Origin: Saprospiraceae bacterium
GTDB taxonomy: Bacteria; Bacteroidota; Bacteroidia; Chitinophagales; Saprospiraceae
Reading direction: 5' to 3'
Assembly: GCA_013140975.1 (NCBI GenBank)
Contig: JABFRV010000153.1
Span: 169 to 64,168 of the forward strand
Length of the DNA stretch: 64,000 nt
Under the pieces are notes generated by a model that saw only the letters and a program-made list of their open reading frames with translations, was not told the origin of the DNA and searched no databases. The position numbers and the translations under genes were made by a program. Position 1 is the first letter of the stretch; the number at the start of each line of letters is the position of its first letter. Below, one piece after another: positions 19,000 to 28,087 of the stretch.

Positions 19000-20061
19000 A
19001 TGTCAATTGATGTGAAAATCAATGAAGCGGAAGAAGCAGCGTTATCTTGGTTGAGAGAATCTTTTTTAAAAGCCAATCGAAAAGGATTTGCCCATAGCAG
19101 GCGCAATTATTTGCCTTCAATTTTTGCCTGGCGTACACCATATCCTGAAACGAGTGGATATATAATTGAGAACTTTATAAAATTGAATACAGGAATTCTT
19201 CATGATACAGAAGAAATAGGTATCGAGGTAGCTTACTGGTTGTGTGACATGCAACATGAAGAAGGCTATTATATTTCAGGAATCAGTGGAAATTCACCAT
19301 CTTTTTTTAATACGGCACAAGTTCTTTTTGGATTGCGGGAAGCAAATCTTTTCAAGCCAAACGAAATATATACAAAAGCTATTTCTAAGGCTCTTCAGTG
19401 GTTGTTATCATGTATTAATGATGAAGGAATGTGTAAGCAAGGTTTATATAAACCAAATTATTTTGCCAGCTATTATTCGAGAGCTCTTTGGCCAATATTG
19501 CTTTGTTTGGATAAAAACAACAATGAGAAGGTCAAGAATTCTTTGATGTTGTTGTATGATAATAGAAATGAGTATTCCGGGTTTAATCAAATGGGATTTA
19601 TGCCTGACAAGCCTGCTTTAACACATACAATTGCATACAGCTGGGAAGGATTTTTTGAAAGTGGTTTATTGCTTCATGATAAGAGCATTCTCGAATATTG
19701 TATTAAAATGTCTTATAAGCTACTGGAAGTTATTAAAAGAGATAAAAAGCTTTATGGAATTTACAGCAGAGACTGGAAACCCGGTTCTAATTTTCAATGT
19801 GTTACCGGGCAAGCTCAATGTATTTCGAACTTCTGTAAGGCCTATGAATATTCTAATGATAAAAATTTTCTCGACATAGCTGAAATTTTACTATCTGAAA
19901 TGATGCAATGGCAGGTGTTAAGCAAAAACCCTGAACATCATGGTGCGTTTCCGGCGAGTGTTCCAGTATTTGGATCTTACTTTCCGTTTCAGTATGTCAA
20001 CTGGACGAATAAGTTTTTTCTGGATGCATGTTATCAGTTTAAAAGAAATAAAAAAGCCTGA
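19000..20061 (+). CDS. hypothetical alpha/alpha-toroid protein with prenyltransferase/terpene-cyclase-like repeats
   Basis: 353 aa. Repeated A..WL...Q..EG.Y-type motifs (VAYWLCDMQHEEGYY, ALQWLLSCINDEGMC). 1-nt gap after the upstream FemAB-like gene. Confidence 0.35.
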   Translation: MSIDVKINEAEEAALSWLRESFLKANRKGFAHSRRNYLPSIFAWRTPYPETSGYIIENFIKLNTGILHDTEEIGIEVAYWLCDMQHEEGYYISGISGNSPSFFNTAQVLFGLREANLFKPNEIYTKAISKALQWLLSCINDEGMCKQGLYKPNYFASYYSRALWPILLCLDKNNNEKVKNSLMLLYDNRNEYSGFNQMGFMPDKPALTHTIAYSWEGFFESGLLLHDKSILEYCIKMSYKLLEVIKRDKKLYGIYSRDWKPGSNFQCVTGQAQCISNFCKAYEYSNDKNFLDIAEILLSEMMQWQVLSKNPEHHGAFPASVPVFGSYFPFQYVNWTNKFFLDACYQFKRNKKA

Positions 20062-20104
20062 CAAAATTTCTCTTATCAGGCATTAGATTTATTCTTTTAT
20101 CTTT

Positions 20105-23100
20105 TTATCGAAGGATGACCATTTTTCCAAGATTGTTTTTGAAGAATGAGTCCGTTCCAGTTTCGTATTTCTTTATTTCTTTTCCTTCTGAATCTTTAAA
20201 GATAGCTTTATAAAGGTAAACGCCATTGGCTAACTTATCACCAAATTCATCAGTTCCATCATATTCGTATTCCGTCAAGTGAGTGCCGATACGCATTTGT
20301 CCTAAATCTGATTCGTTAAGTTCGCGAACGACCTTGCCGGAAATAGTCATAATCTGAATCTTATAGAAATCAGGTATTGTAGATCCGGTTAGAGTATATA
20401 CGAATCGGGTTTTGGTAGAAAATGGGTTTGGATAGTTAAATACATTCGAAATACTGCTTTCATTGATGACTCTAAATTCAATGACTTCTTCAGTTTCCGA
20501 AGTATAATTGCCGTTGCCATCTTTCGCTCTGACATAAAGTTTGTATAGGCCTTCTTGATTTAAACCTCCGTCAATTACTATACTTGCTTCATTGACGCTT
20601 GAATTTACATTGGTTGGATTAAATCTGACATTTTGTAGAGTATTTGGATCGATTGATACAAGTGCCTGATCAGGATATTCTAATTTGATTTTGAAGTGAT
20701 CCGGGTTTTCCATCGGAATACTGTTGTCTTCATCGTGAAGTAATACAGCAATCTGACTGGAAGGCGATACTATATCTCCATTATTTATAACATCACCATC
20801 AAATGATACTCTGATATATGGTTTTCTTCTATCCTTTCTGACAAAATAATCAATAACCGCAGTATTATTAAATGTAATAAGTTCAGGTTGATCTTGTTTA
20901 GGATTTAATTCTACAATTAACTTGTAAGGACCAAATTGACGCGTGGTTTTTATTACATAAAAGAATTTTAGATCTTCAAAGGCTTTTACCGGAACATATC
21001 TTTGCTCTGTAGCAATTGGATTGTTGCTCTGATCAATTACTGTAAATTTTATAAGCAGACTATCCATGTCATAGGTACTTACATTTTGAGCAGTTAAGTC
21101 TACTCTGAATACTTTGCCTTGATTAAGCGTATCAAAATTTTTCTTATAAGATAAGGCTGGATTGAAAGCAATGTCCGGACCTCCTTTAAAATATATTCTC
21201 CAATAATCAAGGTTCGCAGAAGTTTTGTTCTTTGAATCTTTTGAATTCCAATTCAAGCGTAAATATGGATAAGTCTTTGCATCAACAGAAGAAAGATCAA
21301 CTTCTCCAACATCTAATGGTCCAAATAGCAGTTTCTCATTACCTGCAGCTTCGATGCCATATATCTCCACATTAATTGTATCTGTATTGGCATCAAATAA
21401 ATTATAGTTCCATAGAAACTTATTATACGAAGTAGCAGGTCCTATTATTTTTGATTTAACGTTTCCTTTACTTGCTCTTACTTTAAAAGAGTGACCAATA
21501 TTAAGTTCATCAGTAAGATTTCCAATTCTGTCTTTTGTTTCATAATCAGGTCTGTTATGACCATAAATTAAGTTATAAGGTACATTGCCTGCAGATATAA
21601 GTTGTTCAATATTTTGAGCACCCTTAGATTTAAAGAATGAGATTAAATTTTCAGGACCATCTGAAGCCCAATCCGAAAGATATAGTGAGTGATTGAATTG
21701 GACCATGGTTTGAACTATTACCACAGCTTTGTCATGAATATTATTTTTTAAGAAGTCTAGTAATTTAGTTCTTTCTTCTTTAGAGTTCGTAGCAAATAAA
21801 TAATAAGCACTACCAGCAAGTTTTGAGCCACCTACGCTATTAAAGTCAGAGCCTGTAATATTTTTTGAAATAGTTCCTGTAATCGGGTCAAGGAAAGCCA
21901 CAACAATACCTGATAGGTCGCTTCTTTGTTCCCAATAATTAAAATCAGCAACAACATCAGAACCGACAAATATTTTTGGTCTTATAAAAGTTGGTAATTC
22001 AATATAACCATTATAAACTCTAAATTCACGTACCTCATTGACATATTCATACTTTCTTTCTGTTTCAAGAATTTCCATTTTTGTTAAATCATTCTTCGCA
22101 TGCTGGAAATAATGCGATTGATTCCAGCCAATCTCAGGACCCGGGATATAAATAAATGAACTATTTTTCCAAGCTAAAACATTCGTACCTGCGCTATCCG
22201 GTCTGACGCGCCAGTAATACACAGTATTAGGCAATAAGGATTCAGTTAATGGCCAAGAGATAACACCTCCTAATTGTTCCATGTTATTGCTGCGCTTAAG
22301 ACTGGAATTAAAATTTTCAGTCGTATCCAGTTCCATGAAATATTTCGTTTTACCAAACAAAAATCCATTGTAGGCTACAAGCCTCGGTTTGTCTTGATTA
22401 ATTATAGCAAATTCTGACGGATACAGAATTTTAGCATTGTTCGCAACTACCACATAATCAAAACCCGTTTGATTCATTCCGGTGATTAAGGTATTATTGT
22501 TTTCTGCATAAGGATCCGGACCTTCTTTAATTTTATTTTCCGGATCTATCGTCAATATCAATTTATTGTATCCCCCGGATTTGTTTTCGTCAACAGGAAT
22601 TTTAAATTCTACATTAGATCTTGAAAGAGGTATAAGAATTTTGTCATTAAAAACTATAGATGTTGATCCATCAGGATAAACGTTTTCTAATTTAACAGTT
22701 ACACTATCTTCTGTACCGTAACCAAGATTTAAAAGATCAACATTAAAAGTAAATTCTTTTTGATCAGCAAAAATAAATTTGTCTTTGTGTTTGGCAGTTG
22801 TGCCATCAACGGTTACATCTATTTCAGCATTGTTATTTAACCTTAGCGCTGGATCTCCATTGAAGCTAGTTGACAGTGCCTGATATAATTGGGCTTCATT
22901 TTTGGATGCAATCAAATTATTTATTACAAGTTTAACTGCATCACCTACTGGTTTGTTATAGTATGCGCCACCCAATTGAGAATAAAAGTCAGTTCCAAAA
23001 GTATATAAGATTCCCGGAAGACCTGCGGTTGTATTTGAAATGAATATGATTGAGCCTTTGTCCGCGGCTAGGTTTTGTGTTTCACTTATACTTCGGTTAT

Positions 23101-25108
23101 TAATATACATTTGTCCTGCATAACATCCTAAAGCAAGAAAAACATGATATTTCCCTTTGTTCAAATATTCATCTATTCCAGCCAGACTAAAATCCAGTTT
23201 ATATGAATTGGAGTGACCTAAGAAAGATATAATCGAAACTCCTTCGTTGATCAAATTTTGAAGAGCATCAGAATTAATGACTTCAATATTGCTGGTACTT
23301 TCTTTATAGAAAGTTGTAACATTTCCTCCGTATGCATTTTGTTCTATTTCATTTTCCATACCTGCAAGCTGAGAACGTAAAACAGCATAGAGAGTTGGAT
23401 CTCCTCCTGCAAGGTGAATGATTCTCTTTAACCATTCTCTGGTTTTGATAGAGTATTCAGATGATTGAATATATGATTCATGTTCTTTTAATTTAGTAAG
23501 GTAATCCTTAATCTCTGATGATTTTACAACCGGCAATCTTCCAATTGTGTAAAATGGGATTCTATTCTCATCACTAACAAGCATATAATCTGATGCAGGC
23601 TCACTGTACGTAGGAACAAAATCGAATTCTGTGTATTGATTCGTATTATTTCTGTAGACTATATATTCCAATCCTTTTCCTACAATTAATACATAATGCA
23701 TATCAGACCAAATAGTCCTGGAATATTGGAAGAAATTTCTTAAAGCAATATTATGTCCTTTAATTCCAAATCCAAACTGATCTTCAATATCTTCGATATA
23801 AACAGTTTTAACTTTATACTCACCTCCTGCTTTACTGCTTCTATACGCTTCGTATTCTGAAATTTCATCATTGTTTCCTGAGCGCAATCTTTTAGAAGTT
23901 ACAATGAGAAAGTCATAATTATTTTTTTCGTATTCTGCCATTTTAACATTCTGAACCTGACCAACAGATTTGAATTGAGAAGAAGGATTTAAAATTATTA
24001 TCTCTCTTTCAAAGTCAGAAGGAGGTAAATCTATTGAATAAATACCATTTGGATCTTTTTGAGATTTAATAAAATAATTATTGGTTATATCATATAACAT
24101 CATTTCCGCTCCACCATCAAAATTTTCAATTTCAATTGTTTTTCTGGTTAAAGAAGGCCTTATAATTAATGTTGAATATGTTGCGTTGTCAAATTTATAA
24201 AATGCATCATATCGATATTCAATTGTTGACAGATGTACTTTATCTTCAGGATTCCCATTGCATAAAATTTTTAATACCATCTGTTCATTTACTCTATCTG
24301 AAGTAAGTTTTATATTTTCTTCTCTTACCTTGAATCCTGAAAATTGTAGTGTTGATTCCTGATTACCATCGATGAAAAAATTGCATTTATGTAAAGTATT
24401 GTCTCCGGATCCTGTACCCCAGACTGTTGTTTTAATTTCTGCATCTTCAGCAGATGAATTAAAATTTTTAAAATTAAGGTTAAATGTTCTTTCTTTAAAT
24501 GATGCAGTACCATAACCCTGTCCTTCATCAAAGTCAGGGAGTTTTAAAGTATTTTTTGGGCCATGAGCTCTTTTGGTGTGAACTTCAGAAAAATACAAGA
24601 CATTTCTTTTTACGTAACTGATTTCTTTTGCCAGAGGATTGGAATTGTCATTTGGTTTTTCGATCATTCTTGCACCGACAGACTGGTTATCCCAGGTTAG
24701 AAAATAGGCAGCATTGTCAGAAAACATGCTAAATTCTTTATTGAAATGTATGGAGCTAGTCGAAAATAAAGGCTTATCAAGCTCTGCTCTATTCCTGGTT
24801 CCATAAAACTCAATAAAGTCAGTCTCTGTCATAAGACCTTCTGTTGATGTCCTAAGGCTTAGCTCTGTGCCATTTTTATAAATTTTTATGAACTTAAGTT
24901 CTATGCTTTGTATTGGCACTCCGGCTTTGATTAAGTCTTGATAACCAATACGATAAAACCCATCTTCCCGTGTATAGAACTTATAGTAGGATTGATTATA
25001 ACGGATCCATTCGTTTCCGAATAGGGCTTGCCCATTGAACTGCATTTGAGCCCGGCTATTTAATGAAAGGATTAAAGCCAGAAGCGTTAATATTGAGTAG
25101 TTTTTCAT
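20105..25108 (-). CDS. C25-family (gingipain/PorU-like) cysteine peptidase with T9SS C-terminal domain
   Basis: 1667 aa. Signal peptide; PorU-like N-terminal W.RYNQSYYKFYTREDGFYRI; candidate catalytic His in SFLGHSNS (His632, nt 23213-23215) and Cys in LALGCYAG (Cys662, nt 23123-23125); C-terminal NYPNPFS...GVYLYKA...MVILR Por-type sorting domain. Confidence 0.7.
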   Translation of the reverse strand: MKNYSILTLLALILSLNSRAQMQFNGQALFGNEWIRYNQSYYKFYTREDGFYRIGYQDLIKAGVPIQSIELKFIKIYKNGTELSLRTSTEGLMTETDFIEFYGTRNRAELDKPLFSTSSIHFNKEFSMFSDNAAYFLTWDNQSVGARMIEKPNDNSNPLAKEISYVKRNVLYFSEVHTKRAHGPKNTLKLPDFDEGQGYGTASFKERTFNLNFKNFNSSAEDAEIKTTVWGTGSGDNTLHKCNFFIDGNQESTLQFSGFKVREENIKLTSDRVNEQMVLKILCNGNPEDKVHLSTIEYRYDAFYKFDNATYSTLIIRPSLTRKTIEIENFDGGAEMMLYDITNNYFIKSQKDPNGIYSIDLPPSDFEREIIILNPSSQFKSVGQVQNVKMAEYEKNNYDFLIVTSKRLRSGNNDEISEYEAYRSSKAGGEYKVKTVYIEDIEDQFGFGIKGHNIALRNFFQYSRTIWSDMHYVLIVGKGLEYIVYRNNTNQYTEFDFVPTYSEPASDYMLVSDENRIPFYTIGRLPVVKSSEIKDYLTKLKEHESYIQSSEYSIKTREWLKRIIHLAGGDPTLYAVLRSQLAGMENEIEQNAYGGNVTTFYKESTSNIEVINSDALQNLINEGVSIISFLGHSNSYKLDFSLAGIDEYLNKGKYHVFLALGCYAGQMYINNRSISETQNLAADKGSIIFISNTTAGLPGILYTFGTDFYSQLGGAYYNKPVGDAVKLVINNLIASKNEAQLYQALSTSFNGDPALRLNNNAEIDVTVDGTTAKHKDKFIFADQKEFTFNVDLLNLGYGTEDSVTVKLENVYPDGSTSIVFNDKILIPLSRSNVEFKIPVDENKSGGYNKLILTIDPENKIKEGPDPYAENNNTLITGMNQTGFDYVVVANNAKILYPSEFAIINQDKPRLVAYNGFLFGKTKYFMELDTTENFNSSLKRSNNMEQLGGVISWPLTESLLPNTVYYWRVRPDSAGTNVLAWKNSSFIYIPGPEIGWNQSHYFQHAKNDLTKMEILETERKYEYVNEVREFRVYNGYIELPTFIRPKIFVGSDVVADFNYWEQRSDLSGIVVAFLDPITGTISKNITGSDFNSVGGSKLAGSAYYLFATNSKEERTKLLDFLKNNIHDKAVVIVQTMVQFNHSLYLSDWASDGPENLISFFKSKGAQNIEQLISAGNVPYNLIYGHNRPDYETKDRIGNLTDELNIGHSFKVRASKGNVKSKIIGPATSYNKFLWNYNLFDANTDTINVEIYGIEAAGNEKLLFGPLDVGEVDLSSVDAKTYPYLRLNWNSKDSKNKTSANLDYWRIYFKGGPDIAFNPALSYKKNFDTLNQGKVFRVDLTAQNVSTYDMDSLLIKFTVIDQSNNPIATEQRYVPVKAFEDLKFFYVIKTTRQFGPYKLIVELNPKQDQPELITFNNTAVIDYFVRKDRRKPYIRVSFDGDVINNGDIVSPSSQIAVLLHDEDNSIPMENPDHFKIKLEYPDQALVSIDPNTLQNVRFNPTNVNSSVNEASIVIDGGLNQEGLYKLYVRAKDGNGNYTSETEEVIEFRVINESSISNVFNYPNPFSTKTRFVYTLTGSTIPDFYKIQIMTISGKVVRELNESDLGQMRIGTHLTEYEYDGTDEFGDKLANGVYLYKAIFKDSEGKEIKKYETGTDSFFKNNLGKMVILR

Positions 25109-25130
25109 AAGACCTATATTTTTTCGAATG

Positions 25131-25138
25131 CAAACATA
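25131..25138 (-). promoter_or_regulatory. candidate -7 box (TATGTTTG on minus strand) for the C25 peptidase gene
   Basis: Plus strand reads caaacata, 22 nt upstream of the start at 25108. Confidence 0.45.
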
Positions 25139-25191
25139 TTAAAAATATATCTAATATATAAGAATTTCATTATAAAATATTTAAAACAGCA

Positions 25192-26274
25192 TTGATAACG
25201 ACAGGATTAGAGATTTTAGTATTCCTTTTTACACTTTACCAGTGTTTTTTATGGATTTTAATCTATTCCCGTGCAACCCAGACGGACAAGAGAACAAGCC
25301 CGGAAATTCAATTTGAACCTGTAACTGTAGTTATCTGCGCACACAAAGTTGCTGAAAATATGAGCCAGAATCTGTATTCAGTTCTTACTCAGCAATATCC
25401 TCATTATGAGGCAGTTATCATAAATGATGGGCCTGATCCGGATTTACAACAACTGCTTCGCGGAATTCAGGAAAAGTTTGCGAATATACAAGTTATTGAC
25501 CATATTAAAACGAGTGAAGGTAAAAAAGCAGCCTTAACAAAAGGGATTAAATCCGCAAAATATGAGTGGATTCTGTTGACTGATTCAGATTGTCGTCCGA
25601 GTTCAAATCGTTGGATACACGAGATGATGACAAAAACACAAAACGAAAAGAACATAATTATAGGTTTTTCTCCTTATGACAAAAAGGAAAACCTATTGAA
25701 TCAATTTATACGGTTTGAAGCGGTTATTAATGCCATTCAGTATTTCTCAATGGCTAGAATTGGAATGCCGTATATGGCAGTGGGAAGAAATATGATGTAT
25801 CATAAATCTATATTTAAAGAGGAGAAATTAAGAACAGAATTAACTGCAGGAGATGATGATCTGTTAATCAATTCGCAGGCGAATTCTTCCAACACTGGTA
25901 TTTGTTTGAATCCAGATTCTTTCGTTTTTACCGAAGCGAAAAATTCATGGAAAGAATATTTTTTTCAAAGAATGAGACATTATAATGTTTCGAATTATTA
26001 TAAATTCAGCTCGCAAGTATTTTTACTGAGTCATTTTATAAGTTTTTTTGGTTTGTGGCTGTGTGCAATTCTTCTTTTTATAAACGGAAAGATATTAATA
26101 CCTTTGGGTTGTCTAATATTTTACATTGGAATTAGTTCTGCAATATTTGCTAAAAATGCAATTCGGCTTAGTGCTAAAGATTTAGTTATTCGATATGCTT
26201 ATTTAAATGTACTGTATTTATTATTTCTTATCTTGCAGGCTCCATTCTTATTGATACAAAGAAAAAGCTGGTAG
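25192..26274 (+). CDS. membrane-bound glycosyltransferase family 2
   Basis: 360 aa. N-terminal TM helix; VTVVICAH...NDGPD, LLTDSDC (DxD-like) and QRMRH (QxxRW-like) motifs; C-terminal TM helices. The track start is a TTG. Confidence 0.7.
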   Translation: MITTGLEILVFLFTLYQCFLWILIYSRATQTDKRTSPEIQFEPVTVVICAHKVAENMSQNLYSVLTQQYPHYEAVIINDGPDPDLQQLLRGIQEKFANIQVIDHIKTSEGKKAALTKGIKSAKYEWILLTDSDCRPSSNRWIHEMMTKTQNEKNIIIGFSPYDKKENLLNQFIRFEAVINAIQYFSMARIGMPYMAVGRNMMYHKSIFKEEKLRTELTAGDDDLLINSQANSSNTGICLNPDSFVFTEAKNSWKEYFFQRMRHYNVSNYYKFSSQVFLLSHFISFFGLWLCAILLFINGKILIPLGCLIFYIGISSAIFAKNAIRLSAKDLVIRYAYLNVLYLLFLILQAPFLLIQRKSW

Positions 26275-26900
26275 TGGAATTAATAGAAAAGTATTTTAAT
26301 TATATTACAGATGATCAGAGAAATAAATTTTCTGAATTAATGAATTTGTATTCTGATTGGAATTCTAAGATCAATGTAATTTCAAGAAAAGATATGGATC
26401 AGTTCTATCTTCATCATGTAGTTCACTCTTTAACCTTGACAAAGTTTGTTACATTTTCTAAAGGAACAAAGATTATGGATTTAGGAACAGGTGGAGGTTT
26501 TCCGGGAATTCCTTTAGCGATTTATTATCCTGAAGTGGAATTTGTATTATTGGATTCTATTGGGAAAAAAATAAAAGTTGTTCAAGAAGTAGCAAATTCT
26601 TTACAATTGCAAAATCTTAGAGCCTATCATGTGCGCGCCGAAGAACATCATGAAAAATTTCATTATGTGGTTTCTAGAGCAGTTTCAACCTTAAAGGAAT
26701 TGATACAGTGGACGAAATATTCGTTTGAAAAAAAAGAACTCAATCCACTACCGAATGGAATTATTGCATACAAGGGTGGTAATTTAACCGAAGAATTAAA
26801 AGAAATAAAAAAGTCAAACCCGTTTGAACAATGGACGATTTCCGATCATTTCTCGGAAGACTATTTCAAGCAAAAATACCTTATTTATGTTCAGAAATAA
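26274..26900 (+). CDS. rsmG: 16S rRNA (guanine527-N7)-methyltransferase RsmG
   Basis: 208 aa. SAM motif DLGTGGGFPGIPLAI and an overall GidB-like layout. Confidence 0.85.
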   Translation: MELIEKYFNYITDDQRNKFSELMNLYSDWNSKINVISRKDMDQFYLHHVVHSLTLTKFVTFSKGTKIMDLGTGGGFPGIPLAIYYPEVEFVLLDSIGKKIKVVQEVANSLQLQNLRAYHVRAEEHHEKFHYVVSRAVSTLKELIQWTKYSFEKKELNPLPNGIIAYKGGNLTEELKEIKKSNPFEQWTISDHFSEDYFKQKYLIYVQK

Positions 26901-28008
26901 AGGATTGTTGATTGTTGTTTATGTGTTTCTTTTTTCGCAAATAAATGCACAAATAAATGTAAAGGAATTATGCACACTTCATTCAAGTATTAACGAAGCT
27001 TCCGGAATCATTTCAATAAATTCTGGTAAAACGTATTGGATAATTAATGATAGTGGTACAAAGCCAAACCTTTATGAAGTTGATACATTGTGCAATATTC
27101 TTCGCACAGTAGAAATTATAAATGCGAATAATGTTGATTGGGAAGATGTTTGTGCAGACAAGAACGGAAACTTATATATCGGCGACTTTGGAAATAATTC
27201 CAATAACAGAAAAGATCAAAGAATTATTAAAGTCTTGAAAACTGATCTGGATACTACTCAACAAGTTGGAGCACAAACCATTCGATTTAATTATTCAGAA
27301 CAAGTTGATTTTCCTCCTTCAGCCAACATGTTAAATTTTGATATGGAAGCTATGGTGTGGATGGAGAACCAACTGCACTTATTTTCAAAAAACCGAACCT
27401 CCCCATTCTCAGGATACACATATCATTATGTTGTACCGGATTCTGTTGGTACTTACACAGTATCGCGAGTTGATAGTTTTAAAACTGGGCCCGGACCTTC
27501 GATTTTATTTTGGGTAACAGGAGCGGCAATAAGTCCGGATGAATCACAATTGTGCCTGTTAAGTCATGACAAGATCTGGTTGTTTCATCCATTGAATAAA
27601 AAGAATCTATTTCAATCACCGGTGAAAACAATTTCTTTGAGCCATTTTAGCCAAAAAGAAGCCATCGCCTATGCAGATAATGGATCATTGATCATCGCCG
27701 ATGAGATTAACCTGACATTAAATAACGGAGGAAATTTATACAGCCTGTCCATTGATAAAATTTTGAATACAGATAAGCTATCCTTTTTTCAAAAGCCATC
27801 AGTCGTTTATTATATAAAAGAATTTATAGATTTGGAATTAGGGCCAAAAGACGTTGTCGAGATTTTTAGCATTGAAGGCAAAAGAGTTCAAAGCGAGAAT
27901 GGTTCAGATTCAGGAAGATTGAATGTTGGTAATTTGGGAAGGGGATTGTATTATTTTACAATTCGAAGTGGACAGCTTTTGAAAAGGAATATGTTTTTCA
28001 AAGAATAA
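26887..28008 (+). CDS. T9SS-sorted beta-propeller-like protein (SdiA-regulated/phytase-like region)
   Basis: Start at MFRNKGLLIVV.. gives a signal peptide. INEASGI, DWEDVCADKNGNLYIGDFGNN, and a C-terminal VEIFSIEGKRV...GLYYFTI Por-type tail. Confidence 0.6.
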   Translation: MFRNKGLLIVVYVFLFSQINAQINVKELCTLHSSINEASGIISINSGKTYWIINDSGTKPNLYEVDTLCNILRTVEIINANNVDWEDVCADKNGNLYIGDFGNNSNNRKDQRIIKVLKTDLDTTQQVGAQTIRFNYSEQVDFPPSANMLNFDMEAMVWMENQLHLFSKNRTSPFSGYTYHYVVPDSVGTYTVSRVDSFKTGPGPSILFWVTGAAISPDESQLCLLSHDKIWLFHPLNKKNLFQSPVKTISLSHFSQKEAIAYADNGSLIIADEINLTLNNGGNLYSLSIDKILNTDKLSFFQKPSVVYYIKEFIDLELGPKDVVEIFSIEGKRVQSENGSDSGRLNVGNLGRGLYYFTIRSGQLLKRNMFFKE

Positions 28009-28087
28009 TAGTCGAAGTCTAAATTATTTTATATATAACTTTTTATAATTCGTTTAAGAACTCTATCTTCGCACGTTCTCCGAATAT

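Noticed and set aside
19000-20061. LanC-type lanthionine cyclase (alpha-toroid fold).
   Set aside because: The conserved LanC zinc-ligand motifs (WC.G, CHG) are absent from the translation.
20056-20081. Bidirectional terminator gcctga-N14-tcaggc between the convergent toroid and C25 genes.
   Set aside because: It has only a 6-bp stem with a 14-nt loop and no flanking T or A run. That is too weak to annotate, although termination here is expected.
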